64,000 nucleotides of DNA from Hyphochytrium catenoides (lineage: Eukaryota; Protista; Hyphochytriomycota), in contig FLMG01000355.1 in assembly GCA_900088475.1 (NCBI GenBank), positions 248,001 through 312,000 of the forward strand, read 5' to 3'. The first letter of the stretch is position 1. Each line of letters starts with the position of its first letter. Under the pieces are notes generated by a model. That model was not told the DNA's origin. It was given only the letters and a program-made list of their open reading frames with translations, and did not search any database. The position numbers and the translations under genes were made by a program. Shown here piece after piece: positions 24,569-37,700 of the stretch.

Positions 24569-25650
24569 TACCTGGACAACTACAAGCGGATCTGCGTAAG
24601 CCAAACACGGCTCTGGCGTCATAGAATCAGGGTGAAGGGTCATTAATAAGGGAGGTCCAGCTCAGGTGTCATCACAACGTCCACTTCCTAGCAGATGCTA
24701 CATCTTCTCCGTGGTGCACTTTTGAGACTATGGCACTACCTTTGAGGCTATAGAGCTCCTATGCAGCGCTCCTTATTCCATACCGCATCAGCTTGCGAGC
24801 CCGCAAACTTCACTTCTGGGCCCTGGTTGAGGGCAATCAAGACGAAGTCCGAGCCACGAAGTAAATTCTCCTCTGAGAGATCCCGCAGATGCTTCAGAAA
24901 ACTCTTCAAGCTTGCCGGTTTCTGATTCACTCATTAGGGAGTAGTAATAAGAGTTCCAGGCACTCCGAGCAGTATAGGCTAAACCCTAGCTGGATAAATA
25001 ATATGCCAGACTTGACGGTTAAGGGATTCGAAATTCGCAGTTTCCCACCACTCCAAGCTTCAACCAACCAGCGCGAAACAGATTCCTTACGAGATACAGA
25101 CGCAAATCCGAAAAAGACTAACGTACATTAGCTTTAGGTGCGTCACTGAGAACAAACAGATGCACATAGAGGCAATGTATGCTAACATCCTCAGAAGAAC
25201 CAGAAAGGCAGAGAGACAGAGCGCGACAGAAAGACGACGGTTTGATCACAGTGCATCAAGAAACTAGAGACAAACAAGGCCCGTTGAGAGCCAGAGCAGA
25301 GAGAGAGGTTGATGGAATAAGGAGAAGGGCTGCTAGGAGCACGGAGGCAGAGCCATTGATCGATCTATAAAGGCCTTCACAGATCAGAAGGGACGAGGAG
25401 ACGGGCTCTCTTATTATTTACTCACTAATTTCAGTTCCATCTCTTTCTCGATTGCTTGGGAGGGCGATTCGGACTCTGTCAGTTTCCGGAAAAGATTTTC
25501 AGAGCTTTGCCCGATCTATTGGCTGTACAGGATTTGTCGGAGCTCTGAAATGCATTGACTACGCTGAGGCGTGTTTCTAAGGCTTCGACGCTGTTTTGTC
25601 GTCGCTGAGTAGTCGCACTGGGAAAGGAACACGAAACGCGAGGCGGAACA

Positions 25651-28508
25651 ATGGAGTCAGTGCCTGCACACTGTGAAGTTCGCCGCGGAGGGATAGCATT
25701 GGACTTTGGACCCCCGTTTACTAAAGGTCAGCTTATCAGCGTATTATTTGACCTTATCGCCTCCATCATCCTTGCAGTCCCTAATATAGTCTCACGTTCA
25801 GATGATGGACCCATGGCCGCTGGTAAGGACGAAGCCGATGTCATTTTTCGAGGCATAGGAAGCAATGGGACTTTGCCGCGTATTCCAATCGAAGACCTAG
25901 CAACAGCTAGCAGTATCGAGGAGACCACTCGCTTCCTTAATAATACCATGGAAAACTTGGGCATGACGGAGCAGCTCCCATTGGGGCTCTCTACTGCAGT
26001 AACTCAAAAGGATGTTTTGAACTGCATCTACCGACTCCTCCAACACCGTCAGAAAGATCTAAAGCAGATAGAGGTATATTACCTAGTAACCTAGGTCACC
26101 TTCGACCGGAAGAGCCGTTTGATTCATAGTCCTTTTCCAGGAAGTAAATTCCCAATGCCAGCGACTAGAGCTTGAATTGAAGCGTGTGCAAGATCATAAA
26201 GCACATCTACTGCAAGACCTCCACCACAAGGACCAGGTTTGTAGAACTTGGCCTTGAATAGCTTCTGAAAAGACCATCGAATTAACCCCGACATTGCAGT
26301 CCATGATCGAAATCGAAAACCGTATGCAAACAAAGGTATCTGCCCTAAAGGAGGAGCTCAAGCAGGCTAAGAGCGAGCAGAAACGTCTGGAGAAGGAGTG
26401 CATCAAGTAAGGAATCTTGAGGGCATTCCGGAAAGGCGAGATTGCTGGTAGAATTCTTATATGACCACTGATCTAACTCTAATCTGTGCCTGGGTTCTCC
26501 ACCATTGCACCCTAAAATGCCGGGATATAGGTTAAGACACGTAGATACAGCCTACAAGGCCACTTTGCGAAAGAAGGAGGGCGAGTACGAGAAACTGAAG
26601 AAGCGGTTTAATGATAACATTAACAAGACAACTCATGATAGAAAGAGGGTAGGTATCGGAGCCGATAGAGGACCCTTTGTATCTTCCTTTTTGGAGAGCG
26701 ACTATTTCATTTTAAACATTCTCTCATTATACACAGGTGATTCAACTCTCTTCAAAAGTAGTCTCTGCACAAGGCTTAGCACCAAAAGTCTCGGGAGCTG
26801 ATCAAGCTGACAAAGAGCTCACGCGCTCTGTAAGATTTCTTTTTGCCAAGAGTCATCCCATAGCCTTATCTTTGACCAACTTGTTAGGTCATAGCTGCTT
26901 ACGAGACGAAGGAGTATGAGCTGGTCTCAGAAAATGCCGAGCTGCGAACCCTGCTATCCTCTTTAAAAGATGAGTTGAAGAAACTCACTGAGCAGTACAA
27001 TCAGGCCGTGAAATGGATAAAGACAAGGTGCTCCGACTGTCCCCTCCTTTCATCAAAAGAAGTACGTCAAGTAACCTCTTTGGTAACCTCTTTGGTACAC
27101 AGAAATATAACACAATCCAAAATTGGGGAGAAAGAGTCAAAAAATGAGACTGAGACTGAACAGTCGCCGTCAGAACTCGTTCAGCCCACACTTCCGGATG
27201 AGATATTTAACCTTCCGGTGGAGCTCATGCGCGCAAAAGTGGAGAAGACTCTGAGGAACAAGATGGCGGAGCTTCAACAGCAGGTGAAGCAAAGCACTAT
27301 CCTCTTACCACCAAACAAGGATATGCTGACGATTGGTGTGTAGATAGGGGTCTTAGGACTGAAGGAGTCTACAGCTCACAACAACGGCCATATAGAGGAA
27401 GAAGAAGGAAACCAGGCACCAGCAGATATTTTGAGAATCAACCGACAACTCCAGGAGAATCTCCAGCATGCATATGATATTATCAGGGAACAGGACAACC
27501 TCCTCCAAGTGTCACTCGCCAAGAAGCTTGAGACAGGGTAGGTTGTCAATATAGCGCTTGGTTAGGGCAAGGCAAAATAATGATGTTAAGAAGGCCCAGC
27601 AGATGTATTGGTGCGAGGCGTGAAGAGATTGAGGATTATCTGAAAGAGGTGAGGCGAGGACGAAATGACATGAGGGGACCGGGCTTTGTGGGCTCAGCGA
27701 AGTTGATGGTGACTCTGTTCCGGGTGGACTTAAGAGAGACAATGAAGAAAAAGGATACCTTCTTGTACACTTGCAAGAGCAGCTAGAAAATCTAAACTAA
27801 TTCGCGACTTGAAGCATTCAAGAAGCCTGCGGACCCAGCATGTCCACTGACAGGCTGAATATGTCAGAGATGGAAGATCTTGCCGAAGATTTGAAGCAAG
27901 AGAGAAAGGACTTGGAAGAGGTCGACTCCTTCGCAGTCCACCTGTCGAGTCGCTGACTAACCTCTGATGCGTTGTAGAGGATGAAGAACTTTGAAAGAGA
28001 GAGAGAGCTATTTTTTGAGAGGGCAGCAAAGCTGGACTCAGACTTCATCGATCTTGAGGTAGGTTGAGATTTTTCTTCTTGGCGGTGCTGGGTTCATTAA
28101 TGCTTGTTGCGTTAGGTGAAAAAGAGCGTGCTCTTCTCTGATGAGAAGGAGAATTTACCTGAGTTTAGCCCTTGGAAGGGCCGAAAGGGCGAGGCCCAAC
28201 AAACTACGCCGTTGGCCTTTAAGCGGCAGCATACGCCGTTCAAGCTCCCCGTTCCAGGTTTTCATTAGAAACTTTTTCTATCTCTGGCCATGTTTTTCTC
28301 TGCCTGCGCTAGCGATTTATGCCTTAGTTCGCACTTTGTTGATTTATCCTTGCTTGCAGCAACCCCTATTACAGCGAAGCTTCTTGCAAACATAGGGATA
28401 ACTGACATCCAGGTTCAGCCCAACTTTATGAGGTGCGTTCAACTATTAACCTTTCTCATCCGGTCCGCGCACGTCGGCTAATCTTCTCCTTTGAATAGCC
28501 CCATGTAG
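25651..28508 (+). CDS. Afadin/alpha-actinin-binding (ADIP) coiled-coil protein, SSX2IP/Msd1-like centrosomal microtubule anchor
   Basis: About 13 in-phase exons. FLNNTMENLG, VLNCIYRLLQHRQKD and AYKATLRKKEGEYEKLKKRF match the ADIP family pattern, followed by long coiled coils. The start codon is uncertain (25651 or 25813). Confidence 0.75.
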
Positions 28509-28736
28509 AGGTTCATACTACCGCCACGCGGATCTACCAACGACCTTAGCGTCTTTATGTCTGCCTAGATGGACCCCTAGCTTCATTTCACGTGTAAAAA
28601 TATCAGAAGCACCTGGCTGGCAACATTCATACTATACAAGATGATGCTAGTGAGTTAAGAGGTCTTCTTTAACGAAAATCTGATGACGATTTGATGAGTG
28701 ACCTAACAGTGACAGTAGGGGGAGAAGTTTTCTTGT

Positions 28737-31423
28737 CTAGCTTCCTCCGTCCTCCTCGTAGCTCTCGCCCTCGTCGTAATAAACAGGGTCTGCTCTTCTG
28801 CTTGAATTGGAAGGGCTTGACGGTCCAAGGATCGGAAACTTTCGGAGGAAGTCACCGGTCCTCTGTAGGACCTCAGCTGTTTCGTCAACCTATCGAGCAG
28901 ATAGAGACATGAGCAAAAGGAAATGGCCATTGGTGCTTGGGAGGTCCATGGAAATAAAAGAGAACTAGGATTCACGGTCATTGGAAGAGCTTTATCAAGT
29001 GCTAACCTGTGTCTGGAGGCGCAGCTTGCTGAATGATCCAACCCATCGTTTCTTTGAGGGAGACCAGCGCTCTCTTTCCTCGTTCATCCTGGCTGTGTCG
29101 TCTCTGAGCTCTTTGAAGGCTTCAAGGGCAACATGAACCGCCTCTCGCTTCTCTTCCGCCACTGCGATAGATTCGCGCAGCTCGTGAACATCCCTGTCAA
29201 ACACCCGTGATCGCTCTTCAAAGTCCTGCACAGTACTACGGGGGAGACATCAATACCGCCGCCAACTAGTCCCACGACAGGTGTTGCTCAAGCTGCAGTT
29301 AGTCATATCTTACCTCGGTTGATGGCGAAGAATGCCACTTCGTACGCGATCCGCTCCTGAGACTAGAACGTCTAGGTCATCATCTCCATGGAGCTTGACA
29401 AACTTGATAAGGTTTCGACCATTGCGTGCCACCAAAGACAAACGTGACTGAGGGAGATGAAAGAGGAAAAGGTAAGTCATTATGTCGTCTTAGGTATGGC
29501 GTGTGACGGCTAAGGCTGAAAAACGTGCGGAGAGCTGGCACTTTGAGGGCACGGAATTGCAGACCAGCAAGACCACACGTGGCGTTTAGACGGCAAAGGT
29601 GGGACACCTAGGAGGAAGACTATAGAAAGTGGATACTAAGCTCTATCCTCCCATAGCACTTGCCGTTATAAAGGCCGACTTAAGCTTCAAGCTCTCTTTC
29701 TTTTTCAGAGCCTTCATCTCCTCAGCCGTCAGATACTTTCTGCCGTCTATGGAGGGCTGAGGTTTGCCCTTTTCGTGCTGGAACTTGGCCAGAACTTGGT
29801 CCAACAGCGAGCCATTGAGGTAGATAGGAGGATATTCCTTATGACAAACAGCGGTCGGTTTGAAGTTTTGGAAAAGAGAGTAGACAACAGGCAAGCGAGG
29901 CGAGAGTGGCGGTTGGGAGCGCAAAGGCTAGAGGTAAGAGAGAGCCCAAACGGAGGCTGCCTAAAGTAACTATTCAGAGGCTAGAACATCAAAAAGCAAC
30001 GATCGAATCGCCTGAGGAGAAGTAAGAAAAGATAAGGAGAGAGGGAAGCAGCGCCTACAATGCCTAATGTTGCGTTGAAGGTTATGATGGAGATTTTCTT
30101 GAAGTTTCTTCCTTTTACTGGTGGCTCCTCGAAGATATCAATGTCAACCTGCTGCTTTACTCTGTCGGGAGCCAGAAAAAAAGAAGACAAAGGAGTATCC
30201 TAATCAGTAGAGCCGGCCAATAGAGGGAGGATAAGACGTCTCGTCATGAGTGAATAAAGAAGTGATGCTACAGAGATGTAGGAGAACTAAGAAGAACACA
30301 AGAAGATGGGGGTCAGAGCGAGAGTAACAAAGCGTCTGGGCTTGCTAGGAGAGACTGTAAGCCTGAACCTACGGCGGTAAAAGAGAGCAAGGATGCGGGA
30401 CTAAAGGAGAGTAGGCAATAAGAAAGAAGATTCAGGCAATGAAGAAAAAACGGTCTGACCTCCAGAAGAACTTGGAACCATGATAGAGTAGATGAGCCTG
30501 AGGGGAGAGATCCTCGACTTCGACCTCTGACTTGTCATCCTCTTCTTCTTCTTCGTGACTCTGTACGTCAACATCCTTCGGAGTGGGCGATTGCCATGTC
30601 TCTTGCACTGACAAAGAATTCAGAGTGACTACGTGCCTTGCCGAATGATGAGTGCTACGACAGGTTGTTGAAAAAGCAAGGAGCCCGAGGAATAATATCG
30701 CCCAAGGAACAGAAGGACCGTGTGGCATACCTGGTGGCTCTTGTGCTGATGTCGCAATCTCTACGTCGTCCTCTTCCCGATGTGCTTCTCTCTGAAAGCC
30801 TCCAGTTCTGAAGTACGACTGAGGCGGTCTCCGAGCCTTGTCTTTTTCTGGGCTGGACTCGGCCACATATGTCTTCTTTGGGCTCCTTGCGGTCTTGGCT
30901 GCTTATAAATGAGATATGGGATGCAGTGGAGGAGCAGTGTAAGGCGAGGCAGTGCATAAAAGAAATTTTCCAAAGGCGACAGAGAAAGGCAGGAGGACAT
31001 CTGGCTCTGGATGGGTGACGGTAAAGGTAGCCCAGAAAGACAGAGCGCATACGAGGATACAAGTTCCAGGACGAAATCCAGACACAGCAGAATTAACCAC
31101 CTTGATCACTTGCAGCGCTTGAAGCCCTGACAGCCTTCGTCCCTACAGAAAGTGCGGATGTGGTCAGCGCTGCTAGCCTAGCAACTTGAGGGTAAGACGA
31201 GCTTACCTTGTTGGGGAGTGCCTGGCGCGGCACCTCTTTTTGGAGATGGTGGGCCTGCGGGAACAAACATTAACCACAAGAGAGTTGAAAGGCCGGAGAC
31301 GGAGTTGATGAGGGAATGTTATGAGAAGGAGTGGAAACCGGACACGAAGGAGTCCTACGTCCTCTTCGCTTTAATACCTCTGGCGCTGTTTCCATTCCTC
31401 TTATCGGCGCGTAAGTCCATCAT
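28737..31423 (-). CDS. Uncharacterised multi-exon protein with disordered N-terminus and C-terminal coiled coil
   Basis: About 10 exons from MMDLRADKRN (ATG 31423) to ...YYDEGESYEEDGGS* (28737). The in-phase join requires a GC-AG intron at 29663-29448. Confidence 0.65.
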
Positions 31424-33744
31424 AACAGCCCAATCAGTCGCCGGAGCAAAGCAGTCAAGAGTCTTGCTGGAGAGAGAGGCAAGTGCAGCTGCCCCTTGAC
31501 TCTTATTGACGTAACTCCGATGCTAGAGCTCCTCTTCTTCACTCAGTCCGACCTTCTCCTTGTTCTGAGTGCTCAACTCAGCTCAGCTGGTCCCATTCTC
31601 TCTCGCTTCTGGGCGTCAATGGGCCTCATAGCTTGCGAGCGAAGGAGCCGTTATTATGAATGTTGTTGATGGCCGTCTTGGGCACTGGGCACTCTTCTGT
31701 ATGGGATGTTTATCATGTGATGTGACCTTTGGCTCCTTCAGATAGTATTCTTCACAGGGTCAAATATGCTTTTGTGACAAAGTAAGGTTGTGAAGAGGAG
31801 GCAAGGGCAGCCTACTGCAAAAAACAATGTTAATTGACAAGGCTTTATTTGCTTTGATGTAGAAACGAAGTGAAATTGACAATTTGACTATTCTCCAACG
31901 AAGAAGAAGCTGCCACAGATTATCATAGGCGGCCAAAGGCACGACAAACCTTCATCAGAACACGAATTGCATCACGTGGCGGGCCGTAGAAAGAGGACCC
32001 ATCGACGAGCCCTGCACTTACATTCCTGCGGAGAAGGCAACAATAAGGAGCAGGCTCTGTCACAGCAGGCTAGTCTCTCCGTCCCAATAAGGAGAGGGAC
32101 TGCAGCAGCTGACTCCCACAAGCAGAAACGGCACTGGCTAGCCACAGTAGTATCATCATCATTCTTCTTCTATCTCCCTCACCAGTAATGGCAGCCCGCA
32201 CAAGCCACGCGGCATAAATATTTCCAGCGCTACTAGTGTAGCACGACTTACTGAGCTGCAGGGGAAGATAAAAAAGAGAACAACTCTGATGTGAGATTGT
32301 CCACAGCTCACGGGCCAACAACAACTGTTATTCGCTTACTAGTGCGTGGCTCACAGTAGCAGAAGCGGCGCCCGATTGACTCGAAGAAAGAGTAAACTTA
32401 GATAGAACATTACTCTCTGCCGGGTTCAGTAATGGCAACAAAAAAAACTACATGCTCATTAGAAAGATGAAGGCCAAGCCACCGTTGTCCATCATTATTG
32501 TTGCTCGCAACGGAACTGCTTTATCACTCATCAAGCATCAGGGCGAAATCAAATGAACAATGACTAGTGATAAAAAACCGCCTCGCACCCGCACCAACCA
32601 CCAAGCACACACGCTGCTGACCAAGGTGAAGTCCTGTTGATCTTCTCTCTTTCTTATATGTAGCCTAACCAAGCCGTATTTTATTATAGGGAACAACAAG
32701 ATGAGCGAGGTAGTAACATAAGAACCAGTGCCGCCATGCTTTTCTTCGATGATGAGTAATAGTAGATGCCAAATAAAGTAGGAGGAGGGTCTGATCTCTG
32801 CATGCAGTTAGCACTAACTGAACAACTCATCATTATTTTGAAGGTCGCACTACTATCATAGAGTTCGTTAACCTATCGGGTGGGCGGCGGGGGTACTTTT
32901 TCGAGGACGGCGCCGGCGGCGGCGATCGAGTTACACTAACAGACACCACGATATTCAAAAAATGGATTCTTTCGACGACCATACCGGACGTTGCGACTCC
33001 TTCACCATGGCGCTGCTCCTTATATACAGACAACTCTCAACAAGTAACATGGGAGATAAATCCCTCAGCAAGCAGCAGGTCGTCGTAATGGACATACTTC
33101 TCCTCTTCTGTCGCGGCGTAGAAGAAGAAAAGGCTACTTATTATTATCCTCGTGGGTCAATCAAACAATGATGAAGACGACGATCTTATTACGCATGGTG
33201 GAGAGAAACAAGTTAGCGACGACAGTGCACATACAATGATAAATAGTGGAAGGTGCTGAAGGAGTTAGGATTGTCCTTGGTTGAGGGGTGAGTTAGCCGC
33301 AGTAGTCGTGTGGTATCTGCAGCAGCAGCATATTATCCCGCTGGCTGTTGTTCTTGGCGGTGACCCACCAGCAGAGTCACCGTCCTTCCTCCTAGTACTA
33401 CGCTGCTGTCATCTACTACTACTAGGAATCGCTTTGTCCTTCTTTCGCAATGACAGTAGTCTAGTCTTCCGCAAAGATAGTGATCTGAGGAGCCCTAGAA
33501 CTAATATCCTCATTAATGATCCTTATTAGAAGAGCCTCAGACCGATCATCGTCATCATTTCTCTGACCAAAAGAGTGTCTCATGATGATTGTGAGGAGCA
33601 GGTGTGTAGTAGTGGTGTGACGCTGTTCGTTCACTGGCTGTGTGTACTCCGCACTAAAGAGTTTGTAGTGGCCTTCCTTCTCATCAGTCTGTAACGCCCA
33701 ACAGAGGGTTCCTCCCTCCTGCCAGCCCTCCTCCTTCCCCTGGC

Positions 33745-33798
33745 ATCCTCTCTCTCTCGCTCGCTCGCTGTCTCTCTCTCTTCTCTTTCTCTCTCTCT

Positions 33799-33833
<35 letters not shown>

Positions 33834-33855
33834 TTCTCTCTCTCTCTCTCTCTCT
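33745..33855. repeat. (CT)n microsatellite
   Basis: Direct observation. Confidence 0.9.
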
Positions 33856-34720
33856 TATCCCTCAGTCCTTGAGGAGTGTCTTCCGTCGTTGATGATTTGT
33901 TCTGAACGGGCCCACCACTTCTTAGTTGTATGTCCTCCTGCTCACTTCCATGTCCTTGATGGCCTACGTTGATGGGTCCCAACGATCTAGGGTCGGGAGA
34001 CATATCAGGGCATTCAATGATCCTACCATAGCCGAAGCAGCAGCACCAGAAAGAACGTACGAAAGTGACAAAACCTCTGCTCTTCATTCTATCCTACTAC
34101 TACGGCTCTCTCTTCCTCCTCCCTCCTTCTCTCCCCTTCTTCTTCCTCACTCTCATCGAGCAGTCTTCCTTCTGGACTCTCTTCGTGCTTCGGGGATCTC
34201 CTACTTATTTGAGGGCACACAAGTCATTGATGCTGAGTTCCCCTCTCCTTCCTTCCGCAATAGGAAGCAGCGGCTGATCAGCAGTGCTTTATTATCAGAG
34301 ATCAGCTCCTTCAAGGTCGTCGATAGGGCAGCAGAAGACTGTTGGCAGACGGTCAAAAAAGGAGCCGAACGATGCCGATAGTAGATTCTTCTTCCCAGGG
34401 TGGCTAACTACCCTCATCTCGTGCACTGCATCTTCGTGCCCGCACTTCCTCCGTCGGCTGGAGGATACGCTTTGTGTTCTGTCGCTGCATCCGAGGAGCC
34501 TTCCTCCTCTCTCTCGTCCGCTCTCGCAGGGCTACTCTATAGAGAGGATGAGGCTAACCAGCCAGGATTGTTTTGGTTGCGAAGCTCTTACTATATAGAA
34601 AGATGCGGAATGCAACCCCCGAGATGCCGCTCTTCCCTCTTTCTCTCACTTCTTCCTCCTTCCTCCTCCTTTTCTTTTATTCACCCATAGTTGTGCTTCT
34701 TCTGTTGACCTTTTAGTACA

Positions 34721-37700
34721 ATGAGTTCTCCCACCACTAAGAAAGCCAGAGAGAAGATTATTCGTCTCTCTGGAAAGGAGGTGTTGGAGGCAGCAAGGCT
34801 GGAGACGGCAGAAGTGTCTTCTTCTTCACTTCCCTCTTCTTTGTCCTCTCCATGGAGTAACCCTTATCCACCTGGCTCTCCCTTAAGGAACACCTTGGAA
34901 AAGATGATAGGGCCGTCATCTTCTTCCACCTCCACCACTCTTCCACGATCCCCGACCAAAAGACAGGGAAAGGAAGGGCAACGAAGTCTTGGGGAGAACG
35001 GCAACAGTAAAGAGTACGGAGGACAGAATGGAGCGGAAGATAGAGGACGTCGACATGACGAAGAACATCGAGGACCAGGCTGCCAGAGTCAAAACCAGGA
35101 GCTGACAGCCATAAATCAGATCCTCGAGAGCTTGGCTTCTCATCTAGGAGACAGCGACCCTTTTGTTAGAAGAGGAGAGGACAGAGGAAACAAGGGAGAA
35201 AAGGAATGCGGAGAGAAAGTAGTTCTTTCTTTCTCCTCTTCGCCGTACAACACACGTCTTAAGAGCTTCCCTACCGACTTGCTCGTCCGGGCAGCCAAGA
35301 AGTTTGTTCCCAATGCTGTGGGTGCGGACGGCTGGAACAGAAGCCCGGAGCTTGAGGAACTAAAGGCAAACAAGCACCTGAAGTCCTCGCTTTCTGCCCT
35401 GCAGGTACGACGGACATTATAATAGGACGCGGAACATCCGAGAGGGAGGAGGAGGGAGAGAAAGTGTATGAGCGTAAGGGGACAATGAGATACGGGAGAG
35501 CTAAGAACGATAAGGAAGGGGGTTCAGGAGGAAGTGGCTGGTACACGAGACGAAGCTTGGCATGAGAGCCGAAAACATTGACTTTCCAACAGAAATGACT
35601 CTCTTCGCGAGTCTCTTGTCTCTCGTCCGCTGCTACTGCCTCTTCTGTTCCCTCTTTCTGTCACTTACCCTGACTCAATGTGCTTCTTTCTCCTTGTATG
35701 TTAGGGTCTCTCGCTCAGCTTTGAGAACCTCATTTTGCAGGTGGCAATTAGTAGGCGGGAGCTGGCGGCTGCCCTGCAGGGGCTGCACAGCGCGTACCTG
35801 GCAGTCAGTGAAAGTATTCTCCATACATTTATTGGGATAGTTCAGGAGAAGCAAGCGGTTTGTAGTTAACTCTCTGCATCGTTTACTTATCTTCGTCTCT
35901 ATTGCCCCTCTGCTCTCTCATTCTCTCCGCCTTTCTCTCGTTCTCACACTCTAACCTGTTTCGGGCTCGATATGTCTGTCTCTTCCTTGCTTGCGCTGGG
36001 AGTGTTGTTCTCTCTGTCTCTATTTTCCCTCAACAGCCTCTGCTTCCTCATATCAAGACAACGACCAGAAGTCTGCTTCGTTACCTATGTGTTCCACTCT
36101 CTTTACTCTCGCCCCACCTACTCGATGGCCTGGGACAAGCTTCATGCCCTCTCATTATTATCTTAGGCTTGCCAAGAGCAGATTCAAGCGATGAGGATCT
36201 ACACAGAGGGGAAGAATGAGACCATCCAGAAACAAAAAGTTCGAATAATTGTGAGTGGTGGTGAGCGAGAGAGTGACACACGACCAACAAAGATATTGAA
36301 TTGATTGGCGCCATAATCAAAGGAAGTAGGAAATAATGGATGAGACACGGAAGACGTGAGAGCAATGAACGAGAGAGTTTGAAGAGACAGAAGAGTCATC
36401 AGACAGAAAGAACAGAGAGTGAGAGAGCAGAAAAATGAGGGACTGGACAATTGGCGGACGGGAATTAGTGCTTCAAGTTGGGAGGAGGAGCTCAGGCAGA
36501 ATATGCTTACAGTTAATTAGCCTCATCCAAGCACGGGTGATGACTCCTCCTCCTCTCATGCCTTACGTGCTTTGCTCACAGGAGCTGGAATATGTTTTGG
36601 GGGCCAAAGAGAAGGATGAAAAAATATGGCAAGAAAAGAAGACCGCAATGATGCGGGAGGTCAGTCCTCTTGTTTGTCTTTGCTTGAATTGCAGTTTAGC
36701 TCCGAGATGGTCGTCTCTCATCACTCCTCGTTCCAAGGAGACTGTCTCGCGCACACGTTTTACGTTGCTCTAGAAGGCGCTTGTAAAGCCTTGACCTGGG
36801 CTTCTTAGCTTGTTATTAGTCTCCTCTGTTAGTCTCTCCACCTGCCAGGTTTTGGTAGAGTACATCTGCATTTTAACGATACTTCTCTCGGCGGTGTGTT
36901 GTTGGCGAGTAATTATCTTCTTCTTCTCTGCACTCCGTCACATGACAGATAACCAGCAGCCGGGTCCAGCAAGCTCTCTTAAAGAATAAGGTACCAAAAA
37001 GGGAGAAAGCGACGACGGGGCAAAAGCTGAAGAGAGGGAAGGGTTTACAATAGAGAATGAGAAGAAGAGATGAAGACGCGGAGACACAGAGAGAGACAGG
37101 AAGAGACAGAGAAAGGAGGGAGAAAAAGCGGAGAGTGAGAACGACGGCGTGGTCGACGTAGACAGAGGAACAACAGAAGATGTCTCCGGAGAAGAGAACG
37201 GCGCGGGAGATGAAAGCTACGAGATAGTAGAGATACCAGTAGAAGAGCGAGAGACAACCAGAGAGTGGATCTTTATTAGTGCAGCCCATGTGACCTTCAT
37301 TACCTTCTTTCCCATCATTTGCCTGGCTATTCTCCCCATCAGTCAGCCCACCATAAGGCTTTTCACTATGCCGTGTCTTCTTTATATTTCTCTAACTGCA
37401 GGTTGAGTACGAACAGAATCGCAGTCAAGACCTCTCGCGCCGGTTAGAAGCAGCTGACCGGCAGTTGCAGGCGGGAATGATGGTACGACCATATCTTCTT
37501 TCTGGCTTTACTTCATCTTTCGACTTGGCTCGTTCTTGGGCTTCAGCTTCTATTTTGGGCCCTTTATAGGAGCACCTTGGCCTCTCTTTCTTCCCCTTGT
37601 TGCTTTCACTTCTCCACTAATGCACGGTCAATATGCCTTCTGTTCTTGCGTTTACCTTGGCAACAGCGACAAGCACAAATTGAGAAGAACCTGGAGCAAC

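Noticed and set aside
27071-27094. 12-bp tandem duplication GTAACCTCTTTG x2 in an intron
   Set aside because: Simple slippage duplication or possible footprint; no element associated.
28638-28700. Box C/D-like words (ATGATG...CTGA)
   Set aside because: No terminal stem or recognisable rRNA guide; lies in convergent 3'UTRs.
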